From NCBI GenBank assembly GCA_031362565.1, contig JANLSU010000101.1, forward strand, positions 22,493 to 86,492: a stretch of 64,000 nt of DNA. The letters are read 5' to 3'. The position numbers were made by a program, and so were the translations under genes. Positions 9,739 through 19,501 of this stretch are shown in pieces. Below the pieces are notes generated by a model. It was not told where the DNA came from, did no database searches, and was given only the letters and a program-made list of their open reading frames with translations. The stretch comes from a bacterium. GTDB taxonomy: Bacteria > Krumholzibacteriota > Krumholzibacteriia > G020349025. Within the stretch, counting starts at the first letter, position 1. The number at the start of each line of letters is the position of its first letter.

Positions 9739-11085
9739 TCAGACGGGTGTGTCGCTGCCGTCGAGCCAGCCCTCGGCGCGCTCGACCAAGCGTTGGATCT
9801 TGATGTCGCCGTCGTCCTTCATGCGCTTGACGCACTTCTGGGCGTGCTTCGCGACCAGGATGACCGCGGCGTACCAGCGCAGTGCCGCCTCCGGCAACGG
9901 GCCCGAGTGAACCGCGGTGTAGCCGTCGATGAAGGCGCGGGCCGCGGCCCGCGTTTCGTCTTCGCCCATCTCCCCCTTGGCGCACAGGTAGTAGAGATGC
10001 GCGATGAAGCTGCCGGCGTCGCACATCGGGTGGCCGTCGCGAAAACCGTCGAAGTCGACGAGCGCCAGGCGGCCCCGGAAGGCAAGAAGTTGGGTGAAGC
10101 GAAACGCGCCATGAATGGGTGTCGGTGGCGCCGTCTCGATGGACGCCAGTTGCGCCTGCGCCAAGGCGCGCACGCGTTCGATCCCCGGTGCAAGCTCCGC
10201 ATCGTAGCGTTGCAACACACCGGCGGCCTTCATGAAGTTCGCGAGTTCGTGCGCCTCGCCCCACGGTTCGAGCCCCTGCACCGCGCCGGCGTGAATCCGC
10301 GCCAGTCCGCGCCCGGCTTGTTCCATGGCCGCCTGGGCGCGATCTCCGTGCAGTTCCGCGAGCGCCGCCGTACCCGGCAGCGCGCCCAGGACGAGGGTTT
10401 GCAGATCCTCGAGATACGCCAGCGGTTCGGGACAAGCGAGCGTGTTCGCATCGTCGCGCGCACTCTCCCAGAGGCGCCGCATGACGGTGTAGATCGCACC
10501 ACCGCGGCTGTGTGCATAGGTCTTGGTGTACACGAGACGGCGGCTGCCGTCCGTGGCGGTGATCTTGTGCCGCATGACGAGGCGCTTGCCCGGCACGTAC
10601 TTGACCAGGGCGCCTTCGGCGTGTTGGATGCCGCGCGCCGCAAGCGCCGGAATGCGTTCGGCAACGGCTCCCAACCCTTCCGGACCCGCAATGATGTCGA
10701 CGCCCGGCAGTTTCGGATCATTCGGGAATCCCCACAGCACGAGCCCCAGATCCGCGAAGTACAAGAGCGGCGGGCCGTATGCCGGTTGGATCCACGACCG
10801 CTTGTGCATTTTCTTGTAGAGGTGCGCCGCATCGTCCGGGCGCTCCATGCGCCCATGCATGACATGCCGCAGCGCGACTTGCCGCTCGGTGTCGAGCAAC
10901 TTGACGCGGTACGCGAGGCGGGCATTGCGCCCCGGCTTGTAGGTAAAACGCCCGACCTTGACTTGCAGAAGCTGCAAACCGCTGCCGAAGTGCGGCGCCA
11001 AGAGCTGGCGCATGGCTTCGCCGTCGGTCGCGACGCCGAGGCCGGCGAGTGCCGCGTCGCGCGGCACGTCTTGGATATCGACCAT
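9739..11085 (-). CDS. APH-like phosphotransferase fold, catalytic Asp replaced by Ala (paralogue 4)
   Basis: IHGAFRFTQLL...LVDFD...GHPMCDAGSF. GGAGG upstream of ATG 11085. Confidence 0.82.
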   Translation of the reverse strand: MVDIQDVPRDAALAGLGVATDGEAMRQLLAPHFGSGLQLLQVKVGRFTYKPGRNARLAYRVKLLDTERQVALRHVMHGRMERPDDAAHLYKKMHKRSWIQPAYGPPLLYFADLGLVLWGFPNDPKLPGVDIIAGPEGLGAVAERIPALAARGIQHAEGALVKYVPGKRLVMRHKITATDGSRRLVYTKTYAHSRGGAIYTVMRRLWESARDDANTLACPEPLAYLEDLQTLVLGALPGTAALAELHGDRAQAAMEQAGRGLARIHAGAVQGLEPWGEAHELANFMKAAGVLQRYDAELAPGIERVRALAQAQLASIETAPPTPIHGAFRFTQLLAFRGRLALVDFDGFRDGHPMCDAGSFIAHLYYLCAKGEMGEDETRAAARAFIDGYTAVHSGPLPEAALRWYAAVILVAKHAQKCVKRMKDDGDIKIQRLVERAEGWLDGSDTPV

Positions 11086-11099
11086 GTCATCCTCCAACG

Positions 11100-12452
11100 T
11101 CAGGCAGCCGGAAACCACGCTTCGGCGGCGGTCAAGATTGCATCGACGCGCTCCGGCGCCATGCGCTTCACACACTTGTAGGCTTGGCTGGAGAGCAACA
11201 GCGCGCTCGTGTACCAGCGCACGCGGCGGTCGGGCCAGCCCCACGGGACGCCGGCGCCATAGGCCGCACCGAACGCGGTGACCGCGGCATCGATCGCTTC
11301 GGTTTCGGTCTTCGAGCCCAAACCTGCCACCGCCAGATGTGCGAAGAAGCGGCCGACATCGTAGGTCGGATCACCCAGTCCCGCACCATCGAAATCGATG
11401 AAGGCGACTTGGCCTTCGGCGTCGAAGATGTGGCTCGTCTTGAACGAACCGTGCACCGGGGCCGGCGGCACCGGCGGCAAGCCGGGCGCGGCGGCGGCGA
11501 GCCGTTGGCGGAGCGCTGCGACCCGGGCGGCGAACTGCGGATAGGCGCGCTCGATCTTCAGGGACGAGGCGGTGAGTTCTTCCAACTCGCGCTCCAGGCC
11601 AAGACCCGGGCCGAGGGTGAGATTCGAGGCATGAAACGCCGCCAGGGCGCTTGCCACCGGACCCGCGAGCGCGGCCAAATCCATGCTACCGGCATCCTTC
11701 GAAAACGAGTTCCCCGGCAGCATCTCCTGCCACACGATGTCGTGCTCGGCGTCGAGGCCGTAAGGCATTGGGATGCGCAAGCGGCCGCTGCGGACCGCGT
11801 CGCTGGCCGCGAGTTGCGCCAGCACGTCATACGCCGCGCGACCCAATCCCGGTTGATACGCTTTGCCATAGAACCAACGCTCGACAATGCCGCCGGGGCC
11901 TTCCCAACGCACCCGGTAGCGATAACCACAGCGCTGTCCCGGCACGTACTTGCCGACACCAAAGCGCACGTCTTGGACGTGCCCGGGAGCCGGCAATCCG
12001 AAAGCCGCCGGATCGCGCTCGAGGAGCGCCGTGATCGCATCGGTCGAAGCGAGAATTGCCAGACCGGGCACGTTCGGATCGTTCGGATAGGCCCACACGA
12101 CCATGCCCAGATCGGCCAGCAAGGCGACGGCAGGACCCAACTCGGGCGGTGTCAGCGTCGCACGCAACGCGCGCCGGTACACCGACGCCGATTTCTCGTC
12201 CGGGTAGATCTTGCCGTAGAAAAACTGCTCGGCCCGTTGGCCGTCGGGAGCGCGTAGTTTCGCTTCGAAGGTCAGGCGGCAGCTCCGGCCGGGTTTGTAG
12301 TACACCCGCCGGAGCTTGATGCCGCGAACCTGCAGTCCCGCCGCTACGAAGCCGGCGTTCGACTGCAAGCTGGCCGCGAATCGATCCGCATCGAATACGA
12401 CGCTCAGCTGCGGGAAAGTGCAGTCCTGCGGCAGTTTCTTGAGCTTGGGCAT
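11100..12452 (-). CDS. APH-like phosphotransferase fold, catalytic Asp replaced by Ser (paralogue 3)
   Basis: VHGSFKTSHIF...FIDFD...GDPTYDVGRF. GGAGG RBS. Confidence 0.82.
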   Translation of the reverse strand: MPKLKKLPQDCTFPQLSVVFDADRFAASLQSNAGFVAAGLQVRGIKLRRVYYKPGRSCRLTFEAKLRAPDGQRAEQFFYGKIYPDEKSASVYRRALRATLTPPELGPAVALLADLGMVVWAYPNDPNVPGLAILASTDAITALLERDPAAFGLPAPGHVQDVRFGVGKYVPGQRCGYRYRVRWEGPGGIVERWFYGKAYQPGLGRAAYDVLAQLAASDAVRSGRLRIPMPYGLDAEHDIVWQEMLPGNSFSKDAGSMDLAALAGPVASALAAFHASNLTLGPGLGLERELEELTASSLKIERAYPQFAARVAALRQRLAAAAPGLPPVPPAPVHGSFKTSHIFDAEGQVAFIDFDGAGLGDPTYDVGRFFAHLAVAGLGSKTETEAIDAAVTAFGAAYGAGVPWGWPDRRVRWYTSALLLSSQAYKCVKRMAPERVDAILTAAEAWFPAA

Positions 12453-12470
12453 GACGTCCTCCGTGGCGTC

Positions 12471-14357
12471 TCAGCCGGCCTGATCACCGGTGCCGCCGGC
12501 GCCATACTGCAACTCGTACAGGTTGCGGTAGGTGGCGCTGCGTTCCATGAGTTCTTCGTGCCGGCCTTCCTCGGCGATCTTGCCGTCCTCGATCATGAGG
12601 ATGTGATCGGCATTGATGATCGTCGAGAAACGGTGCGCGATCACGAAGCTCGTGCGTCCTTGCATGAGCTTCGAGAGCGCCGTGTTGATCTGCGCTTCGG
12701 ACAGTGCATCGAGGCCGGTCGTGGGCTCGTCGAGAATCAGGATCGGCGCGTTGCGCAAGATGGCGCGCGCGATGCTGATGCGCTGCTTCTGGCCGCCCGA
12801 GAAGTTCACACCGCGCTCTTCGACCATCGTCTCGTAGCCCAATGGCAGGGCCATGATGAAGTCGTGCGCCTGGGCGGCCTTGGCCGCGGCGATGACTTCC
12901 TCATCGGTCGCGCCCGCATTTCCAAAGGCGATGTTTTCGCGCAGCGTCTTGCGGAACAGGAAGTTGTCCTGCAGCACGACGGTGATCTGGTTGCGAAGTG
13001 AAGTGAGCGTGTACTTGCGGATGTCCTGTCCGTCGATGACCACCGCTCCCACAGTGGGATCGTAGAACCGCATCAGCAGGTTCGCCATGGTGGATTTCCC
13101 GGCGCCGCTCGAACCCACGAGCGCCACGGTCTGGCCGGCGCGGGCCCGGAACGTCAGCTTGTGGAGTACCGTTTGGCCCTTTTTGTACGCGAAGGTCACG
13201 TCGCGGAACTCGACGTCGCCGTTGAAGTCCGGCGCCGGGTTGGCATCGGCTGCGTCGTGCACCACGACCGGTTGCTCGACCAGTTCCACGAGGCGCTCGC
13301 CGCTCACGACCGCCTGGGCGAGGTCCACCAGAATTTCCGAGAATTTGTCGATCGGCCCATAGAGTTGCTTCAGGTAGGCCGAGAACACCAGCAGGTCGCC
13401 CGGCGAGAGTTCGTTGTTCAGCACCCGGCGCGCGCCCCAATAGATCACCGCGGTCGTGCCGACGGCGATCGTCACCTGCACCGCGCGCTTGAAGGACTTG
13501 GAAAGCTGGGCGGTACGAATTTCCGCGTCCAAGCTGCGCTGGTTCTGCTTCTGGAACCGCGCGTGCTCCTGCGATTCGGCCTGGTAGGCCTGAATCAAGC
13601 TGATGGACAGCATGTTCTCTTGGACGATGGAGGCGACGTCGCTTTCACGGTTGCGCTTGTTCTTTTGCTGTTCCTTGACGCGCACCGAGAAGAAATGCGT
13701 CGCGAAGTAGAGAATCGGCACGATCGAGAAGGCGAGCAAGAACAGCTTCCAGTCCATCCAGATCATCGTGGCGCAGATGCCGACGAGCCGGAAGATGTTG
13801 CTGCCGAAATCCTGAATCGAATCGATAAAGAGTTTCTTGAGCTTGTTGATATCGGAGGTCAGGCGCACCACGAGGTCGCCGGAGCGCGACTTGTCATGGA
13901 AGTTGAGGGACAGCGCCTGCAGGTGGACGTAGATGCGCTCGCGCACCTCGACGACCATGGTCTCCCCGACCACCGACATCAGATACTTGTTCATGTAGCT
14001 GAAGAAGGCGCTCGAGATGGCGATGCCGATGATCGCCAGGCTGATCGGCAGCAGGAGTTGTACCGGTTCCGTACCGAACCAACGCCCCATCCACGCGGCG
14101 TTGTCCGGCAGGGCCCGGCCGAGCAGGACGTGATCGAAAATGAGTTTCAGCGGCCACGGCTGCGCCAGGTCGGACGCCACCGAGAGCAGCATCCCGAGAA
14201 TCGCTACGGCCAGCAACTTCCAGTGCCGGAAGAGGTCGGGCGCGAACGTGCGCCAGATCTTCTTGTAGCCCTGGTAGTCGAAGTCGACGGCGACGTCCTC
14301 GGTGTCGCCCTTCGCCTTCGCCTTCTTCTTCTTTTTCTTGTCCTTATCCTTGGCCAT
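12471..14357 (-). CDS. Type IV ABC exporter, fused permease and ATPase (MsbA/MdlB-like)
   Basis: N-terminal TM domain, Walker A GSSGAGKST, signature FSGGQ, Walker B ILILDE, H-loop IAHR. Confidence 0.95.
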   Translation of the reverse strand: MAKDKDKKKKKKAKAKGDTEDVAVDFDYQGYKKIWRTFAPDLFRHWKLLAVAILGMLLSVASDLAQPWPLKLIFDHVLLGRALPDNAAWMGRWFGTEPVQLLLPISLAIIGIAISSAFFSYMNKYLMSVVGETMVVEVRERIYVHLQALSLNFHDKSRSGDLVVRLTSDINKLKKLFIDSIQDFGSNIFRLVGICATMIWMDWKLFLLAFSIVPILYFATHFFSVRVKEQQKNKRNRESDVASIVQENMLSISLIQAYQAESQEHARFQKQNQRSLDAEIRTAQLSKSFKRAVQVTIAVGTTAVIYWGARRVLNNELSPGDLLVFSAYLKQLYGPIDKFSEILVDLAQAVVSGERLVELVEQPVVVHDAADANPAPDFNGDVEFRDVTFAYKKGQTVLHKLTFRARAGQTVALVGSSGAGKSTMANLLMRFYDPTVGAVVIDGQDIRKYTLTSLRNQITVVLQDNFLFRKTLRENIAFGNAGATDEEVIAAAKAAQAHDFIMALPLGYETMVEERGVNFSGGQKQRISIARAILRNAPILILDEPTTGLDALSEAQINTALSKLMQGRTSFVIAHRFSTIINADHILMIEDGKIAEEGRHEELMERSATYRNLYELQYGAGGTGDQAG

Positions 14358-14415
14358 TACGATGTGCTTCCTTCCGAAACTGCGTTTCCAACCTCGGACG
14401 CGTTGGCCACCGGCG

Positions 14416-15360
14416 TCACAGCCGTGCAGTGCCGCGTTCCAAACACAGAGCGAGATCCTGGCGCCAGCCGAGCGGCTGTTTGCGCCACAAGATCATGGCG
14501 CGCCGCACGTAGCAAAACGCTTCGTAGTGCGGCAATGCCGGCAACTCACCAGTACCGCTTTGCGCCGCGTAGGCCGCCAGAAAACGGTCGCCCAGAGCCC
14601 GCCCGGCGTCACCCAAGTGCGCTTCGAGACCGACGCGGAAGTTGGCAACGTCCAGGGCCCGGTCGGCGACACACAATCCGTCCAGGTCGAGCACGTACAC
14701 GGTGCCGGCGTCGACGAACAATTGCGTCGGTGCGAAGTCACCGTGCGAGGTCACAGGACTTGCGGCGACTTGGGAATCGCGCGCGAAGATCGCCGCGACG
14801 AGTGCCCGCAGACGCGGCGCTAGTTCCGGCAGCGCTGCGGCGAGCGCCTCGATTCCCGGGTGGCACGTGCGGCGCATCTGCGCCTCGAGGTCGGCGTGTC
14901 GCGCCGCCGGCACATGGGTCGCGTGCAGAGTCGCGAGCGCCCGCCCCAATCGCTCCGCCAGCCCCGGCGTCTCACGCACATCGTCCCAGCCGCGCACCGG
15001 TGCCCCGGGCACCCACGCTTCCACGATCATTCCCAAATCATCCCAGCAGCCGAGCAACTTCGGCGCCCGGGTGTCCCCGGCGAGCGCCGCATTCATTTCG
15101 CGTAATACGGCAGCATGCCGCGCCGCCCGATCCTTGCGGTACATCTTGCCGACGACCCGCGTGCCGTCGGCGAATGTGTACGCCAGCACACAGCGCTTGC
15201 CGCGCACGTGCTTGAGCACCTGCGCGACAGGCGTGCCACGGTCGCCGAGCAGAGCGCCAAGCCAAGCGCCGGCCCGCGCCGGGTCGAGCGCGCCGGCCAG
15301 CCCCGGCAGTGCCGCATCCTGCGGCGCCGGGTCGCTCGTGCGGGCAAATGAGTCCTGCAT
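14416..15360 (-). CDS. APH-like phosphotransferase, short form (paralogue 2; HGD intact)
   Basis: VVGKMY; SHGDFAPTQLFV...VLDLD...ADRALDVANF. Confidence 0.85.
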   Translation of the reverse strand: MQDSFARTSDPAPQDAALPGLAGALDPARAGAWLGALLGDRGTPVAQVLKHVRGKRCVLAYTFADGTRVVGKMYRKDRAARHAAVLREMNAALAGDTRAPKLLGCWDDLGMIVEAWVPGAPVRGWDDVRETPGLAERLGRALATLHATHVPAARHADLEAQMRRTCHPGIEALAAALPELAPRLRALVAAIFARDSQVAASPVTSHGDFAPTQLFVDAGTVYVLDLDGLCVADRALDVANFRVGLEAHLGDAGRALGDRFLAAYAAQSGTGELPALPHYEAFCYVRRAMILWRKQPLGWRQDLALCLERGTARL

Positions 15361-15389
15361 CGCGGCTCCTCCGAAACGTGGCCCGACCC

Positions 15390-16394
15390 TCAGCCTTGCA
15401 CCTCGGCCAGGCTCTCCAAGCTGTCGTCGATGAACTTGCGCGCCTTTTTCTGCCAGCCGTCTTCCTGGAAGCGCAGGCGCTTGCAGGCGCGCCGCAGGTG
15501 CGTGATGGCTTCGAAGAGCGGCACGCGCTTCAGAATGTCGTCGGGCATCGATTTGAAGTATTCATCGAGGAACGCGTCCGCGAGCAACGGCGCGCTCGGA
15601 ATCTTGCGTGCCTTGCCCTTCAAGAAGACCAGCACGTTGCCCAGATCGGCGGCCGGATCGGCGACGCAGCAGGCGTCGAAATCGATGACCCAGGTGCGTT
15701 CGGGTGCGACATGCACCTGGCCCATATGAAAATCACCGTGAATGAGCGCCGGTGCACTGTGCGCGAATGCCGCCTCGAGCCGGGTGGACTCGCGCAGAAT
15801 CTCGTCGACCGCCGAACGCAATTCCGGCGCCCGCTCGCGCAGCACCTGCGGGCGCGGGTGGCAGCGGCGGATGTGATCCTGCATGCGATACGGCTCGCCG
15901 ACCCGCACCGGAGATCGGTGCAACTTGGCGAGCGAGCGCGCCATGGCACGCAGCGACGGCTCGGCAAGATCGGTTTTCAAGAAGTCCTTCACCGGCGCAC
16001 CGCCGATTTCCTCCTGCAAGAGCAATGACAGACGTGGCAGGTAGGCGGCCACCGCCGGGATCGAGATCTGGTCCGCCGCATCGCGCTCGAACCCAGCGAC
16101 CCACAGTTTTTGCATGAGGTCGGTCACCGGCTCACCGGCATCGCCCTTGTAGACCTTGCCGATGAGTGACGTCACCCGGCGCTCACCGGCGGTCTCGGTG
16201 TGCAGCCGGTAGCGCAGCACACAACGCTGCTTACGCCGGCGCAGCACTTCCACCTCGAGATGGGTCAGACGCGTGTCCGGGCTTTCCCAACGCGCCAGCT
16301 CGGGTTCGAGCACCTCGCGCATGCGGCGCGGATCGCTCGCATCCTTGAGCGTGAACAATTTGTCGGTGCCGTAGAAAGAATCATCGTGGTTCAT
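15390..16394 (-). CDS. APH-like phosphotransferase, short form (paralogue 1; HGD intact)
   Basis: LIGKVY; IHGDFHMGQVHV...VIDFD...ADPAADLGN. GGAG upstream of ATG 16394. Confidence 0.85.
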   Translation of the reverse strand: MNHDDSFYGTDKLFTLKDASDPRRMREVLEPELARWESPDTRLTHLEVEVLRRRKQRCVLRYRLHTETAGERRVTSLIGKVYKGDAGEPVTDLMQKLWVAGFERDAADQISIPAVAAYLPRLSLLLQEEIGGAPVKDFLKTDLAEPSLRAMARSLAKLHRSPVRVGEPYRMQDHIRRCHPRPQVLRERAPELRSAVDEILRESTRLEAAFAHSAPALIHGDFHMGQVHVAPERTWVIDFDACCVADPAADLGNVLVFLKGKARKIPSAPLLADAFLDEYFKSMPDDILKRVPLFEAITHLRRACKRLRFQEDGWQKKARKFIDDSLESLAEVQG

Positions 16395-16459
16395 GCCATG
16401 CTCCAAGGGCGGACCGCCGGAAGGCGGCCGGACAACCAAGCTTGATGGGACCTTAGGAT

Positions 16460-17791
16460 CTAAACCGCCCCGTCCTGACGCGCGACGTCAGAACGGGCCG
16501 GGGGTGTCGTACCCGCGTCCACAGAACGCAGGCCGAGTCCTTCGTGGAATAAAGCCAGCAGACGGCGCGTGTTGCGCGCGACGTCGAATTCCGCCTCCAC
16601 TTTGCGCCGGCCCTCCTGGGCGTACCGGCGCCGGAGCGCCGGGTCGCGCAGCAGGGTTTCCATTGCGTCCGCCAGCGGCTGCGGGGCCCGCGGCGGCACC
16701 AACATGCCGTTTGTCCCATGCTCGACGAGTTCCGGCACCCCGGAAACGTCGGTCGAAACCACCGGCAGTTCCATGGCCATCGCCTCGACCAATACATTCG
16801 GCAATCCGTCGCGGTCGCCGTTGTCGAGCACCTGGCACGGCAGCGCGAACAGCGTCGCGTTACGATAGATCTCGATGAGCTCGTCTTGCAGAACGGCACC
16901 CGGGAAGGTGACCTGTTCCTGCAGATCGAGCGAGTGAACCAATTCCTCGAGCCCGGCGCGCTGCGGGCCCTCGCCGTAGATCGTGCACCGCAGCTTGACG
17001 CCGCGGTCACGCAGCAGGGCGCAGGCCCGGATCAGGGTGTCGAAGCCCTTCTTTTCGACCAAGCGTCCGACCGACACGATGACCGGCACCCGGTGGCCTT
17101 CCGAACGGGCCGCGATCGGCACGATGTGATCGCGGTCGCCGCGCGTGAAACGCGCCACTTCCAAACCGTGGTAGATGCGATGGATCGGCGCCAGGCCGCC
17201 GCCGACCTCGTGCAAGTATTTTTCGTTGGCACCCGTACACGTGACCACGAACGACGCTTCGCGCATTTTGTCGCGCAAGATCTCGCGCTCGGTCAGGTAC
17301 AGATCCTTGGCGTGGGCCGTGAAGCTGAACGGCGTGCCGGACAGCCACTTCACGAACATCGCCACGGTAGCCGGGCCATGACAGAAGTGCGCATGAAAAT
17401 GGCGGACGGTGGTGCCACGCAGCGTCCAACCGACCAACCAGCCCGCCTGCATGAAGCGCCGCAAGGTGGACGTGCTGCGCTGGCGCAGGCAACGCGACAG
17501 CGTGTAGCGGAGCGCGCGCAGATACGGCCTCGGGCGCCGCGCGAAGAGTGCCAAGTGCACCGGCAGCATCAACGGCAAAGCGAGAACGATGCGCTCCGGC
17601 AGATACCGCACCGGGGCGCGGACGTTGTCGACATTCGCCTGGCGCGCGCCGCCTTCCGGGCGCTTGAGCGGGAAAATGCGGATCTCCAGCCCGAGCCGTT
17701 CCAGCTCCAGGATCTCGTTCGTCACGAAGGTCTCGGAGATGCGCGGGAAGCCCTTCGGCAGGTATCCCACGATCAAATCGTTGCGTCTCAT
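16460..17791 (-). CDS. Glycosyltransferase family 4 (WcaL-like)
   Basis: FPRISETFVTNEI, HFHAHF, SFTAHAKDLY, VGRLVEKKG, DGLPNVLVEAMA. Confidence 0.92.
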   Translation of the reverse strand: MRRNDLIVGYLPKGFPRISETFVTNEILELERLGLEIRIFPLKRPEGGARQANVDNVRAPVRYLPERIVLALPLMLPVHLALFARRPRPYLRALRYTLSRCLRQRSTSTLRRFMQAGWLVGWTLRGTTVRHFHAHFCHGPATVAMFVKWLSGTPFSFTAHAKDLYLTEREILRDKMREASFVVTCTGANEKYLHEVGGGLAPIHRIYHGLEVARFTRGDRDHIVPIAARSEGHRVPVIVSVGRLVEKKGFDTLIRACALLRDRGVKLRCTIYGEGPQRAGLEELVHSLDLQEQVTFPGAVLQDELIEIYRNATLFALPCQVLDNGDRDGLPNVLVEAMAMELPVVSTDVSGVPELVEHGTNGMLVPPRAPQPLADAMETLLRDPALRRRYAQEGRRKVEAEFDVARNTRRLLALFHEGLGLRSVDAGTTPPARSDVARQDGAV

Positions 17792-19032
17792 CGCATCGAC
17801 CTTGCCCGTACTTCGTCGGCCACGTAACGGCTGACGCGCGGCAACCCATCCGAGTCCAGCACTTGCCAAGCCTCCGGATGCGGTACAGCCGAGGGCTCGA
17901 ACAAGATGCGTTCGATCGTGGCGGATAGATGCTCGGGTGTGAGTTGTTCGGGATGGATCATGTCCACGAGCCCGAGTGCTTCCATGCGTACGGTGCGAAT
18001 CCACTGCTCGGTCACGGGCTGGACACGCGGCACGATGATCGCTCGTTTATTGAGGGTGAGGATCTCGCACACAGAGTTGTATCCGCCCATCGAGACGACC
18101 AGATCCGAGGCGTTCATGTAGTTCAAGAGTTCGGTCGAAAAATCGACGATCTTGGCGATCCCTGGCGTCGTGCTGGCCTTGAGCAGCAGGCGTTCTTTTT
18201 TGTAGAGCGGCATTTCCGGGCCCAGCACGAGCACACTTTGCACCTGGCGCTCCGGATCTCCCGACGCCCGCTTCGCCATGTAGCGCAGCCCCTTGAGATA
18301 CGCTTTCATCAGATCGTAGCCGTCGCCGCCACCGCCTGCAGTGACCAGGACGAAACGGCCGGCGCCGATTCCCAGCTCGCGGCGCACTTCGTCGCGGTCG
18401 CGCAGCGCCGGGCTATGCATGATGTAGCCGCAATAGTTCATCTTCTTGGCGACGCTTTCCGGGAAATTGTATTCGGCCACCATGTCGTAGACCTTGGGGG
18501 ACCCGAACACCCAGATCGAATCGTAGAACTTCTCGAGCGTCTCGTAGAAGTTGCGCTGCTCCCAGAGTTTGCGCACGTGCTCCGGATCGTCCAGAATGTC
18601 GCGCAAGCACAGCACGACCTTCGAGGTCGGCTGCACCGTCTTGAGCCACTCGATGCTGCGCAGGAGTTCACCCTTGATCCCCGTCGGGACCTTGTCCACG
18701 AGCACGATGTGCGGCCGGAAGCCGCGGAACGTGGCATGGATGAGCTGCTCGCGCATCTCACTGATCTCGCGGAACGACGTCCGCAGGTATTTCGAAACGT
18801 ACTTGTTGCGCGCCTGCCGGTGCACGCACGGCAACTTGACGTAGTCCATCTTGGGCGACAGCCGGAAAGAATGCGCCATCGATGAGCCGGTCAACAGCAG
18901 GATCGACAGATCGGGGATTTCTTTCGCGAGCTGGTCGCAAATCTTCAGGGTGCGACGCAGATTACCGAGCCCGAAGGCGTCGTGGGAGTAAACCAACAAT
19001 CGCGTGGTGCGGCGAGGAGTCGAGACAGCCAT
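17788..19032 (-). CDS. Predicted glycosyltransferase, MurG/GT28 C-terminal-like (COG4671-like)
   Basis: YSHDAFGLGNLRR, LVTAGGGGDG, VSMGGYNSVCEIL, VPR...EQWIR. Confidence 0.85.
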   Translation of the reverse strand: MAVSTPRRTTRLLVYSHDAFGLGNLRRTLKICDQLAKEIPDLSILLLTGSSMAHSFRLSPKMDYVKLPCVHRQARNKYVSKYLRTSFREISEMREQLIHATFRGFRPHIVLVDKVPTGIKGELLRSIEWLKTVQPTSKVVLCLRDILDDPEHVRKLWEQRNFYETLEKFYDSIWVFGSPKVYDMVAEYNFPESVAKKMNYCGYIMHSPALRDRDEVRRELGIGAGRFVLVTAGGGGDGYDLMKAYLKGLRYMAKRASGDPERQVQSVLVLGPEMPLYKKERLLLKASTTPGIAKIVDFSTELLNYMNASDLVVSMGGYNSVCEILTLNKRAIIVPRVQPVTEQWIRTVRMEALGLVDMIHPEQLTPEHLSATIERILFEPSAVPHPEAWQVLDSDGLPRVSRYVADEVRARSMR

Positions 19033-19501
19033 GAACGACCTCGGATCCTTCCAAGTTATCCGCCGGCTTAGGCATGCCGCAGCCAACGACCTCCCCAAAG
19101 GCTCGATGACAGAGCCGAACGGAGGGTCACGAATATGGCGGCATCGCCTGACAGAGCGGACGAGCGGAACGAAATCCATTTTCGAGTCGAGCCCGATCGT
19201 CCTTCGACGCGCGCAGATTCTCTTGGCTGGGGTGTAACGGGTGCTCGATCCGACGGGCACACGTTCGTGAGAATCTGTGGGAAATTCACTGCGTAACCGC
19301 GCGTCGCGGTGGTTCCAGATCCAACTCATGGTTGAAAACCAGTTCCGAGGTCCAAGTATATCCGGCGTGTAACAAGAAGTCAACGAAACCGCATCATGAA
19401 CGTCGCAAACGAGCCGCATTTGGGTGAAAATCCGCAGTAATCACCCCGCGACGCGAAGTGTGATACAGTGCGTCGTCCACTTTCGAAGGGAAATGGTCCA
19501 C

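Noticed and set aside
5758..16394. Aminoglycoside resistance island
   Set aside because: The fold is shared, but the motifs deviate (no catalytic-loop Asn, three lack Asp), there are no mobility genes, and the context is biosynthetic.
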